From Octopus sinensis (taxonomy: Eukaryota): DNA of 64,000 nucleotides. Within the stretch, counting starts at the first letter, position 1, and every line of letters starts with the position of its first letter. The notes beneath the pieces were generated by a model. The model was not told the origin of the DNA. It worked only from the letters and a program-made list of their open reading frames with translations, and searched no databases. The DNA is taken from contig NC_042999.1 of assembly GCF_006345805.1 (NCBI RefSeq), positions 41,602,001 through 41,666,000 of the forward strand. Direction: 5' to 3'. The position numbers and the translations under genes are program-made. Shown here piece by piece: positions 25,945 to 38,238 of the stretch.

Positions 25945-26682
25945 TGTGTGTGTGTATGTGTGTGTGTGTGTCTGTGTAGTGAAGAATTACTACTTGCGAT
26001 GAAATAAATAACGTTTAACCAGAGATTAGAACACCATATATATCCTTGTATATTCAAATTCCAATCAAGTATTAAACAATTTGTAATAGTTTCTTATGGT
26101 GTTGTGTAAACTTGAATAAACCCTAACCAAGTTTCAATTTCCTCTCTCTACAGCATTCTAAAACCATTTAATATTGTTAAGTTAAAATTTTCTTTGACGA
26201 CTTCTTAGGTAGTTGAGTTATCTTTTCCCACAGATATCCTCACAACAGTAATTCTTGTTGGGGCTGCCTGCTGGAGCCTATGCGGCAGGTATTTAAAGGG
26301 AAAACTTTGACAAGACAGTCAATCACCGGCTGACACTCGCTGACGATACATCGAAGAGGCCAGGGAACATAAGAAAGAAGGAGAAAGAAGACATGCACCC
26401 AACACCAGAGCTGAAGACACCTCCGAAAGGGAGGGGGCCGCCACGTCAAAACGGTAGAGGAGTAGGGACTGAAACCGGACGTAGTTCCTCCTGATGACGT
26501 CTTGAGCTAACTGGTTCCTATAAAGCAGACCACAAAACACGCTGGTAATTCCTCGTTTCTTTCTCTCTTTATTTCTCTGATAAATATAATAATACCATGC
26601 TCTTTCTAAACTATTAGATGAATAAGGTTTGCTTTTTTCCCTTTTTTAAAACATTTTATGCACATTTCCAATTTAGCTCTGT

Positions 26683-26870
26683 CAGCCAGCCTATAATGAG
26701 TAATAATCCTGAAATTTGGGGTATGGGGATTAGTCAATTACATCGACTCCAGTGTTTCACTGGTACTAATCTTATCGTCCCCGAAAGGATGAAGGGCAAA
26801 GTTGACCTCAGTGGAGTTTGAACTAGGAGCATAAAGGCGGACGAAATGCCGCTAAGAATTTTTGTCCGTG
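26683..26870 (-). mobile_element. SINE family A (degenerate)
   Basis: Reverse complement of the central domain. Confidence 0.7.
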
Positions 26871-26934
26871 TAAAGATTATATGATTTATATTATAATTAA
26901 AAATGAACTAAATGTCGTATATATTCGATATATT

Positions 26935-27205
26935 GGACCGGGATGTGTGTTGTGTTCTTTATTTCACATTCTCCAATTCATACAGTTACAGAAATTAGTC
27001 GCGACCTCACTAGTGCCAAGCTGTATCGGTCTTTTCCCTTCGCTTGGATAACATCGGTGGCGTGGAGAGAGTAGCTTATATGCATGGGCAACTTTTGATC
27101 TTCCATAAACACTCTTGCTCGGACTCGTGCCTCGGAGAGGAACTTTCAAGATACAATCCCATGGTCATTCATGACCGAAGGGGTCTTTACCCTATTTTTA
27201 CCCTG
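26935..27205 (+). mobile_element. SINE family C (head-truncated)
   Basis: Similar to 50262-50585; tail CATGGTCATTCATGACCGAAGGGGTCTTTACC. Confidence 0.7.
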
Positions 27206-27401
27206 TAGGTATATATATGTATATATATATATATATATATACACTTGTATATAGTAACACACAGGGAGGAATTTCGATTATCCGAACGTGGTGAGTTGCA
27301 ATACTAAAAATATTTACATGAAATAATATTTACATGTATTTAAATAAATATTTGCATAGCTTTAATACATTTTAAAATATATTTTATATTGTGACTGTGT
27401 T

Positions 27402-27434
27402 TGTCGACCGGTTTCGCTTTCGCTAATCATGACA
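27402..27434 (-). ncRNA. Minimal type-I hammerhead-like motif with an A3-U8 variant core
   Basis: UGUC-AUGAUUA-GC(GAAA)GC-GAAA-CCGGU-C-GACA: 4-bp helix I, 2-bp helix II with GAAA loop, palindromic ACCGGU helix III, GUC triplet. Confidence 0.65.
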
Positions 27435-29197
27435 TTGAAAGTATTGTAATTTCGTATTTTCTTAAGAAGATTTTAGTCCATGTTGTGTGTGGAGAAATTA
27501 ACGAATGAGTGATTCAACAAGTAGAAAAATCTAAGAGAGTTTAGTAATTGGTGATTGTTATTATAAGAGGAAGATAATTATTTCTGTTTTTAAAAAGTGA
27601 TTCATCCTCATTGTCGTAGTCAGTTGGTGCTTCTGTGAATCGTATTTTTCAGCAGAATTCCGAAATATTGTCTTTAATTTCATTCTAGTTAAATCTTCGT
27701 GGGGTTGGGGTAAACTTTAATCCTATAGCTAGTAAACTGATTTTTTTTGCAGCTAGAGTTTTCTTTGATAAACTTATTACTTTGAGTTTCTCTTATATGC
27801 TTTGTTTCAACGTATGTCCCTGTTTCTCTCAACTCGGTCTAAAAAATGTTTACTGTAGAAGTCATCAGTGATTCGTTGAAGTTATCAGGGTTATTATTGT
27901 TATTAATTATATTAGGACTGTTGGGAGACTGGTGTTGTTGTCTGGGTAAATTGGTTGGAAGTACGTGCTTTAGGTTTCTTCGTTAGAATAAATCGTTGGG
28001 ATTCTTAATTATGTTTGAGATGCTGAGGAGTTAGTTTTGCTGTCTAGGTAAATAAGCTGGAATTCCGTAGGTTGAGTTTCCTTGATGGGGAGTAGAAGTT
28101 CCTTGGACGTTACTAGTTGCTGGGGAGAAATAGTTATTCCTAACCCCAGGTTGGTTTCTTCTAGTATTTCTTATTAGTGAGTTGTCCCTGTTACTAGTTT
28201 GAGAACGGTTTACTTCCACGTGAGAAGTTAGTTGTGTGTGTTTGTGTTCTTTTAGATGCTTATAGTTTGTTTTTGCTCTGGATTTTTTTCAGGAAGGAGT
28301 TATCTGAAATATAATCTCTATTACACTGAGTTTCGAAACTAAGGACGAAATTAACACTGTTTTCCTCCCGTTGCAGGGAATTTATTTCTTCCAGCTCACA
28401 GCTGCCCTTCCATAGATTTATAACAGCTTCCAAAAGTTGTTCATCAGTATGTTTAGTGAGTTCGGTGTACATTTCTTCATCGATCGCTTTATACTTTTGC
28501 TCGTTATTCGATGCTCTAAATTTAAGTAACTCAATCTCTATTTTCATTTTCTCTAGTGCTAATTTCTCCCTGGCTGTCTTTGTTGTTCGGGCTTTTCTGA
28601 GATTGGTTTGATTTGTAGTTTGCGTGGGGGAATTAATGGTGCTGAGTTAATCCATTTTCATATATTTCTGCATTATTATTATATTTTATTATGTTAGAGC
28701 GTTATGGTTTTGGGACTAAATATGGCTAATGCGGCTATTAATTAAATGGGCTGACATTGAAATATTTTCATTATGGCTTAGGTATTTGGGTGATAATTCT
28801 TTTTCAAAATTGTTTATGAAAACTGAGTGCAATGTTCTGCATAGTTCGTTCAAATTTTGACTAACCTTCTCAGTAGATCGTCTTCTCTATTCATTTTCAG
28901 CTTCTTCTCTGGTGCAGTAACTTAATCCACAGATTTTGTTAGAATAAATAAATTTGAGTTACTTGTGTGTAATTCCCTCAATATGTCCTCGTTGATAATT
29001 TTATCCGATGTGTTTATGGTAGGTTTCGAGGCATTTTCCGTTCACGTGTGGTAAATAGTAGTAAAACAAAAAGAGGAATTGCGATTATCTCCACGTGGGG
29101 TGTTCAAATATCACAAATATATACATGAAATAAAAGAAGTAAAATGCAGCTACTTTACATCATTATATATGTTTTTAAATACATTTTATATTGTGTT

Positions 29198-29230
29198 TTT
29201 CGACCGGTTTCACTTTCGCTAATCATGACA
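29198..29230 (-). ncRNA. Second copy of the A3-U8 hammerhead-like motif
   Basis: UGUC-AUGAUUA-GC(GAAA)GU-GAAA-CCGGU-C-GAAA; same core, G-U in helix II, one helix I mismatch. Confidence 0.55.
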
Positions 29231-29899
29231 TTGAAAGTATTGTAATTTTAGTCCGTGCTGTGTGTGGAGAAATTTACAAATGACTGATTCAACATGTAGA
29301 AAAATCTAAGAGGAGGTAACTGGTGATCGTTATTATTGGGGACGGGGGAGGTAATTGCTTATCTTTCTAGGAGGTGATAATATAAACAAAAAGTCAAAAG
29401 GTAAAGTAATGAGTTGAAATATGTACAGTGCTGGGTATTTGATCATGAATTAAAATATATATTAAGATCAAAGTTGGTTATGCGTTCATATTTAGACGTG
29501 TTCTGCATTTTTCGTTGAACAATTTTTTTTATTTAAAGTTCCTGTTATAAAAATTGTTTCTTTACACGCTGAGATGAGGAAAACTGTGAAGTTTGGTTGG
29601 ATATTATCTTCACATCTCTCTATGTATTCACTCAAAGGAATTTATGTGTATTGCGGGAACCGGATGTGTTCCTTATGTAGTGTGGTTCTTCATTTTAATG
29701 GCATACTTGTCTTTTCTATATAGTTATGCCCACAACCTCAGCAAGTTATAGCATAAATTAGATTCTCGGAAGCACGAATCTTCTTAAGAAAATACGAAAT
29801 TACAATAATTTCAATGTTAAGATTAATGAAAGTAAAACCGATCGACAAGCACAATATAAAATATATAAAAACTATGTAAAGTCCCTGCATTTTCTTTCT

Positions 29900-30520
<621 letters not shown>

Positions 30521-31439
30521 GAGGAGGTAGGAGAGCGATGGATGGCTCAATGGATGGACAGATAGATAGTTTCTAATAATGATCTCATAGATATAATTTG
30601 AGTTATAAAGTCATAAGACTAAAAAGATTACTCAGAAAGAATGAGAGACAGACAGGGAGAGATACACGTTGATATGGCTGATAGGTAGAACAAACTCCAG
30701 TGTTGTTACAGAGTCAAACTATTGGCCGATAAATACATTGTATATGATAAACACCGCACACACACACACACATTTACAAGCATGCGCAGACGCACACACA
30801 GAGACACACACACACATATACACAATCACGTATGCAACCCCACACAATGAAAACATTTATAAAATCTTTTATGTTCTAAACTGCGTAAACATGGATCTCT
30901 TTGGGAAACTAATTCGTTTTGTTTCTATCTTCGGAATAGAAAGAAAGAAATTGTATGAAACCGATGCTGTAATTAACAGAGATAGATAATGTTCTTTGAT
31001 TAATAGCTTGCTATATACTTTGTCTGTACATTGAATACTGCACATAATTATAGGTTAGAATTTATTTTAATTAATGATAACTTTTGCCTTCAAAAACCTG
31101 ACAGAAATGAAAAAAATAAATAAAAATGCTCATCTCCGAATATAACTTTAGATTAATTATTTTCTTATCGAAGTCATCATGGCTGTTGTTGCTGCTGTTG
31201 CTGCTGTTGCTTCTGTTGTTTTTGATATTTTTAGTTTTGAATCGGTAGAAAGTTGAACAAAAATGCTCTTCAATATGTGTTCAGGTTTTGTACGTTCTGT
31301 GTTCAAATTCCAGCAAGTTATACTTTGCCTTTCGCCCTTAAGTTTCAGTGACGTAAAGTGCCAAACAAGTACTTGAGAGTTTACTTAATCGACCAGATAT
31401 CCTCCAGATTTCTGGCTTTGGATTTCTGTCAGAATGTAT

Positions 31440-31812
31440 CATTATTATTATTCAGTAGTTTTATTTTTATATCGTGCTTTCACTTCACTACCGAGCGCAG
31501 CTCTGTGTGCCTTGGGTATGTGCTGTGGTTTGTCGTGATGCTCTTATGGTTATTGTACGGAAAGTGTTTTTATCATACCTAATGCGCCTACTATGATAGG
31601 AATTGTCTCTGTTTTTAGATTCCACATTCGAGTTACCTCTGTTTCGAAGTCTTTGTAATTTGAAAGTTTCTCCATTTCTTTTAGAGAAACGTTGTCATCT
31701 GCTGGTATTACTACATCAATCAGAAAGCATTTTTTCTTCATGATCTCTGACAACTATATCTGGCCTATTGGCCTTAATTTCTCTATCTGTGTGTATTGGC
31801 ATATCCCATTAT
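31440..31812 (-). mobile_element. R4/Dong-type 3' fragment
   Basis: RPDIVV..KKKCFLIDVVIPADDNVSLKEMEKLSNYKD..PIIVGALGMIK; (TAA)n on both sides. Confidence 0.88.
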
Positions 31813-31854
31813 TATATTATTATTATTATTATATTATTATTATTATTATTATTC

Positions 31855-32062
31855 ACTGAGCTGTAAGAAACGTTAGCACGCTGGATGAAATATTTAACGG
31901 TATTTCGCTCGTTTCTACATTCTGAGATCAAATTTCGCCTAGGTCGATTTTGCCTTTCATCCTTTCGGGAGCGATAAAATAAGTACCAGTTGAACACTGG
32001 GGTCGATATCATCAACTCATCCCCTCCCCTAATACTGCTACCCTTGTGGCAAAATTTGAAGC
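31855..32062 (+). mobile_element. SINE family A
   Basis: Head, B-box-like motif and central domain. Confidence 0.75.
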
Positions 32063-32070
32063 TATTATTA

Positions 32071-32104
<34 letters not shown>

Positions 32105-32119
<15 letters not shown>

Positions 32120-32385
32120 TTGGCTTTTGCTTTGTATATGTACAAGTTGACTCCAAATCTCACTCAGAGACTTCAAGAGACAAGTTAGAAGTTGAAGTCG
32201 GTGTTATGATTAGAGTGCCATATATTTGGTTTTGCACAGAGTATTGTTCTAGAAAATGTCTGTCAAGACACAAGTAAATTATAGGTTTGATTCAAAAGTA
32301 ATTTGATTATAAGATGATAGTCTGATGTTAAGATGACAATATAAATGATGTTTATTACTGCAGTACACCTTTTACTGGCATATTG

Positions 32386-32420
<35 letters not shown>

Positions 32421-32439
32421 GTTGTTGTTGTTGTTGTTG

Positions 32440-32477
<38 letters not shown>

Positions 32478-32830
32478 GTTGTTGTTGTTGTTGTTGTTAT
32501 TATTATTATTATTATTCTATGTTTGACTTTTGCTTTATATTTGTACAAGTTGGCTCCAAGTCTCACCCAGACACCTTAAGAGGCAACAGGTTGGAAGTTC
32601 GTATTGTTGTTATGCCTAGTGTGCCATATACTTGGTTTTGTATTTAGTGTTGTACTAGTGAATGCCTAAAAAAAACAAAACAAAGTTATGTTTGTTTTAA
32701 AACTTGAGGTTACATAGAAAGTATTTTGCGTAGGATATGAGCAGTTCCCATGAGCACTATATTTTGAATTTCTGCCATTTTGGGGTTTCCTGGTTACTGA
32801 GTTAGGTAGCGATCAGCCCCTTTTGCTATC
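32105..32830 (-). mobile_element. Two Dong 3'-end/3'-UTR copies (32105-~32345 and 32515-32830) of the 9330-10055 subfamily, separated by ATT/GTT tracts
   Basis: Reverse complements align with 9740-10055. Confidence 0.85.
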
Positions 32831-32899
32831 ATTATTATTGTTGTTGTTGTTGTTGTTATTGTTATTATTATTTCAGGTTCGTTCTTATTCCTGGTAGAA

Positions 32900-33250
32900 T
32901 TTATACGCGTAGGAGATTATTACCTGTAACCTTAGCTATCCACACAAGCTTTCAATGGTCTTTCAAGTACTTAAAACCGTTTTGATAATCTTTTCTGTCC
33001 CTAAGAGGCCAACTCTCTGTATAGGTTGTACAGGACGTCTTACTCAAATCTTCTTCAATCCGATGGAGCAATATCTGGTGAATATGAAGGATGGGGTAAC
33101 ACATCCCAGCCGAGCTGCAGCAATTTTTATCTGGTTCCCAAAGGATCAAGTGCCGAAAATGAACTTTCTTATCTTCCATTTTAACGTGTTACAGAATTAA
33201 CACAAGTTATAGGAACATAAACCTTCTTCCACGAAAAGATAGCTTAAACT
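32900..33250 (-). mobile_element. Internally deleted mariner remnant
   Basis: MEDKKVHFRHLILWE N-terminus joined to WDVLPHPSYSPDIAPSD C-terminal motif. Confidence 0.8.
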
Positions 33251-34939
33251 GTGCTCTAAATGGAGGTGTAGTCAAATCTTATTTTATGGACTCAACCATG
33301 TTCTAAAATAAATCGAAAGATAAGCTACTATAAATCGGCACGAACTTTCCGCACAACCCAATACTATTCTTATTATTTAGTTTGACTTGTTTTACCCCAA
33401 TAGTCTTTTCATTACAAAATCCGTTAGATACGTCTTGTTGTCTATATTGTTATTACTGATATTCATTGAACTAAAAGGTTAATATACTCGCAAAGTTAAT
33501 CAATCAATCCATCTTCATTACAACGATAGCGGTGAAATATTTGTCTAATTAGAATTGGTTTAAAGACTTGTAACCATTAATCAAAATCTTCATCATTATT
33601 CGTCCATGTGTGTATGCGTGTGTGTGTGTGTGTGTGTGTGAAGCAGCGGGCGCGCAGATTAAAATCGTTGCTTAATCAAATGTTGATGTGTTTTTTTTTA
33701 GTTTCATTTTCATATTTTATGAGTTATTTTTACGCCATTGTTTTCGCTTTCTTTGCCAGAGAAAAGCATTTGGAATCTTCATTATAATTTGAGGTTTGTT
33801 TTGCATGTGTGCTTAGATTCTCTTTTTAATTTCATTTTCTCCTTCGTTATATTCGCATTGCATCGAATAAATTTGCTGCTTTCATCTTCTTCGAGACAAA
33901 TAGCATTTCATTTGTTAAGAAATAACTTGGTATTTATTCAGTAAATATGGAATTGTATTATATTAACCCTGAATAAGGTTACTACATTTAGCGTATAAAA
34001 CATTGAAATAAAGACAATTTTAAATATTATTTTATTTTTCATTTTATTTTCCCATTTGCTTGTGTGATTTTGTTTTTACGCTTAAATTCTCCTATTGGCA
34101 AACATTACATCGAAAGGACACAGTGACAAAACTTAGGAAACGTAAACAAAACTCTGAAACGCTATTCATCAACACAATTTATGAAAGAGTTTAGAATTTA
34201 TTATGGCACAACATATGCTAATGGCTGCCCACCTCATTTTAATAGCTTGAATTTTAACGAATTTACCCAATCAAGCCAGGGTTATTTACTGCCGTCGACG
34301 AGATTGTATTTGAAACAGAATCTAATCAAATGTCTAATCAATTAATTGATTTGCTCAGTTACCTCCAAATCATAAGACCTCTCTAAAATATATAATATAA
34401 AATTTATAATTTCTAAAATTTCTGGTGTTGTACCAAAGTTAGAAGCAATTTTTTGCTAGCATATTTGAAATAAAATAGCAAAAAGTTCGACACTTCTTTT
34501 CACCCATCGAGGGTCGACAAAATAATTTACCAGTGAAGCAGTATTGAGTTAGATTTTATCGACTGATTTATTCGCCGCTGCCCTCAAAATGTTTTAGACT
34601 AATGGATTCGCCTTAGACGATATACTAGGGCTCTGTAATCTCATGCTGAACAACCTCTTGGATGACGGTATGATTGCAAAGCGACGTGAATTGAAGTATT
34701 TTCCTCAAGAACACACTGGGCTGTGAATCTAAGCCACGATCTTGCATTTGTGAGTGCGCCATTCTAACCACTAAATCATTAGTTTTTACTTATGTATTAT
34801 CTTTTACTTGTTTCACTCATAAGAAAGTAAATAATGCAGTGCAAAACAACCCCCAAATAAAATTTAATTGGACACCTGGACGGCTTCATTTTACAGCGAA
34901 ACTAAATAATTACGGTTATACTAACGTATATTTATCTTT

Positions 34940-35320
34940 ATGCTGGGAAACAGTCTTGAAGGGTTTAGTCAAACAAATGGAACCTGGTACTTATTATTTT
35001 TAAACCTTCTACTTATTCTATGGCTTTCATTTCACGAACCGTTACGTGGCAAATTGGGCCGACGAAAGCATTGTGACTGAATGTGGTAAATCCCGACATA
35101 TGCATTCTTTTATTATTTTACTTGTTGCAGCCTTTTGACTGTGGCCATGCTGGAGCACCACCCTGAAGGGTTTGTGTTGAAAAAGAATCAACCTCAGAAC
35201 TTTTTTCACCCTAGTACTTATTCAATCAATATCTTTTACCGAATCGCTAAGTTACCGGAACGTAAACACACCAACACTGGTTGTCAAGTGGTGATGGTGG
35301 ACAAACACAGACACAATGTC
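34940..35320 (-). mobile_element. SINE family B 3' portion (degenerate, possibly two pieces)
   Basis: Reverse complement of the family B tail. Confidence 0.65.
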
Positions 35321-35414
35321 ACATACACATAAATATACATATTTATATATATATATATACACAAACATATATACATATATACATACACACACATACACAC
35401 ACATATATATATAT

Positions 35415-35600
35415 AGTTAAGAGAAAACACAACAACGCGAGGACGTGGAACAAGTATAGTGTCATTGGATGCTCAGGAAAGGAAAGAAAGAAGGAGGATT
35501 TAACGTTTCGAGCAGAGGTCTTCGTCAGAAACATAGGAAAAGGAAAAATCCAAAGAAGGGAAGACGGAGGAAAAAAATCGCCAAGGATACACACGCGGTC
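35415..35600 (-). mobile_element. PLE pLTR-like remnant with a decayed hammerhead motif (35498-35532)
   Basis: GUUU-CUGACGA-A-GACC(UCU)GCUC-GAAAC-GUU-AAAU; helix II mismatched. Paralogue of 53310-53522. Confidence 0.65.
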
Positions 35601-36680
35601 ACGTATTGAATGACCGGAAGGGAATGAGTGAAGAAACAGTTCTTTCAAAGACAGGAGAGTGCAACAGAAGGAGGTATGTGTGTGTATGTGCGGATATGTG
35701 CGTGCGCGCAGGTGTGTGTGTGTGTGTGTAATTATGATATATATATATATATGTATATATGTGTGTGTATGTGTGTACTTGCATCCCCTTAATATAGCAG
35801 TTCATTAGAGCAATCTATAAATAAATATATCAGGCTTTAAAAAAGGAGTAGTGCCGATTCATATGACTAAAAATTCTTGAAGGTGGTGTCCCAGCATGGC
35901 CGCAGTCTAATGACAAACAAATAAAAGATCAAAGATAAGTGTGCGCGTGCATCTGTGTATGTGTCTCAGAGAGAGAATGAGAGAGAGGGGAGAGATAGAA
36001 GGAGGGAAAGAGAGGGAGAAATACGTAATATACAGGGGGGGGTATTAACGACTTACCTCCCTTGTACGTAGTAGTGATATTGAACACTTGCAGTACAGGA
36101 CAATTAATCGTAATACTTAAAACGTATCTGATATTTTTCTCATCAGTTGTTACTTTGATTGAACTTTTGGCGATACCGAATGCAAAATCAGATTTTTGTT
36201 TTGTATCAAGATTTATAAGTTTAGAATGAAATTGAGATTTTGCGGTGGATGTGATGTATAAAGGTAGTGAATGTAATTTTACCTTGGTAAAAACATCAAA
36301 TTTTTACATCGCTAGTGAAATGTTCTTTAGCGAAAAAAACAGCAAAACGAAGGTTAACATTAATACTTCTCCATATAATGTTTATATGACATGAATTCAC
36401 AAGCATATAGCTAAGCGAAACGGAAAATTGCAGTATCCAAGCATATTCTAACTTGCATCTGCAATGAAAGAGCAATATATACAGCGAGAAAATGAAACAA
36501 CTGCACCATGGTGATTCAAGTCTGAATTATACATGATAAGTATCGCGCTGACATGGAAGAGTCTATGTGGTGGCATGATTTGCTAGAAATAGCAACCGAA
36601 TCTTTTCCGAATCAGATACTACTGCCTTTAAAATGAAAATATCAGCTTCGCTAATGGAATCCTGGGTATAATTCGATCCG

Positions 36681-37096
36681 TCAGGAGTGGCTGTGTGGTA
36701 AATAGCTTGTTTACCAACCACATGGTTCCGGGTTCAGTCCCACTGCGTGACACCTTGGGGCAAGTGTCTTCTACTATAGCCTCGGGCCGACCAAAGCCTT
36801 GTGAGTGGATTTGGTAGACGGAAACTGAAAGAAGCCCGTCGTATATATGTATATTTTTATATGTGTGTGCGTGTATGTTTGTGTGTCTGTGTTTGTCCCC
36901 CTAGCATTGCTTGACAACCGATGCTGGTGTGTTTATGTCCCCGTCACTTAGCGGTTCGGCAAAAAGAGACCGATAGAACAAGTACTGGGCTTACAAAGAA
37001 TAAGTCCCGGGGTCGAGTTGCTCGATTAAAGGCGGTACTCCAGCATGGCCGCAGTCAAATGACTGAAACAAGTAAAAGAGTAAAGAGTAAAGAGTA
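36681..37096 (+). mobile_element. SINE family B, full length (tRNA-like head, CORE-like block, internal TA/TG tract, (TAAAGAG)n tail)
   Basis: GGAGTGGCTGTGTGG A-box-like; GGTTCAGTCCC B-box-like; CCTTGGGGCAAGTG; tandem tail. Confidence 0.9.
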
Positions 37097-38052
37097 ATAG
37101 GAAGCGAGATGGGACGACTGAGTTTTTTTTTTACCTGAGTACGAGACGTTTTGGCGTCGCTCATTCGATGCTGAATTATTTGGTACCAGACGTAATATTT
37201 CACTCGCTTTACTGTTTCGTTCTTGGTCTATTCTCTCTCCATGCCACCCATCTCTCCTTTTCTCCCCTCTCTCTCTCCTTTTCTCCTCCTCTATCCTTTT
37301 CCCCGTCTCTCTCCATCCATCTGTTTATGTCTGAGCATGTTTCTCTTTATGTCTATCAGGAGAGGAAAATTGCTAATGTGACTCGTGTTCTCTCCTTCTC
37401 TCATTATTTCTATCTGTATGTGTTTTAAATATTTGTGATATAAATTCCACAATATAATTATCACAGTTCTGTGACATATTCTCAAATCAAGTCGCTTGCT
37501 AGATACAGTTGTCACATTTTGTGCAAAACCACTGAACGCCATGACTGTTTGTTCCCTGTACTCAGTAAAATGTGTGGAGTAGTAACCATTGGAATACTAT
37601 TTATCATAAGTTTTCTTCATTGGAATTATATAAAGTTGACCCACTATACGTATTCGATACGTATATGAGGTCTATACGTATTCGATACACTTGCGAGAAA
37701 TATCAACGAAATCTCTTTCACAGTACTTCATACTATCTATAAAAAGGAAGGAATATTAAACAATAAATTCTGAAATGAACTATACGTGACAAAATGGAAT
37801 TGTTATAGTTTCAATGCATTTGATCATGTTTTCTCGATCAGGGTTGACCCAGGGCTAAACAACAACGGCCTTGAACATTTCTATGCGTGCTTTCAAGATT
37901 TTCTAAATTCGTTTTGATGTAATAAAGGAAACCCTTAATCTATTTGTGAAGCCATGATTTTATAAAGATTATAAAGGGACTCAAGTAAAGCAGGGGCTTC
38001 AATAATCGCACGTCGCTTTCAAAGATTCAGGTAAAATTCAACATCAAATACA

Positions 38053-38238
38053 TCAACGGTAATTTAACCACAAAAAACACACAGCAAATAAAAAGAAAAC
38101 AAAACCTGAGGGGATGAGAAAACTTGCTATGGTGATTGAAAGCAAAACAGTTGTCAGGGAAAATGATTTGTCAATAACGAAGTTGTTTTCAATAATGCCG
38201 CTTGTGACCTCAATTTCATTTTCAAAATCCACCACGCG
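38053..38238 (-). CDS. Candidate terminal exon encoding a transmembrane helix (RVVDFENEIEVT..LTTVLLSITIASFLIPSGFVFFLFAVCFLWLNYR*)
   Basis: Acceptor-like TTTTCTCTTAAG immediately upstream, in frame with the ORF; hydrophobic stretch; non-repetitive context. No homology recognised. Confidence 0.25.
   Translation of the reverse strand, partial: RVVDFENEIEVTSGIIENNFVIDKSFSLTTVLLSITIASFLIPSGFVFFLFAVCFLWLNYR

Larger units (their letters stand above)
27290..29880 (-). mobile_element. Penelope-like element remnant: two direct pLTR-like repeats (~27380-27580, ~29170-29335), one inverted copy (~29780-29870) and a degenerate N-terminal ORF; RT and GIY-YIG regions not seen
   Basis: Minus-strand KVISLSKKTLAAKKISLLAIGLKFTPTP (~27700-27790) resembles the PLE N-terminal V.NLS...L..GL.F.P.P motif. 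The direct-plus-inverted repeat layout is typical of PLEs. Confidence 0.75.

Noticed and set aside
26460-26515. Possible type-II hammerhead (GAAACCGGAC...CTGATGACGTC)
   Set aside because: Helix I cannot be paired, the NUH triplet is missing and helix II has a first-pair mismatch.
34180-34400. Coding-looking stretch (MKEFRIYYGTTYANGCPPHF...)
   Set aside because: Short, needs a frameshift, and has no recognisable homology or splice signals.
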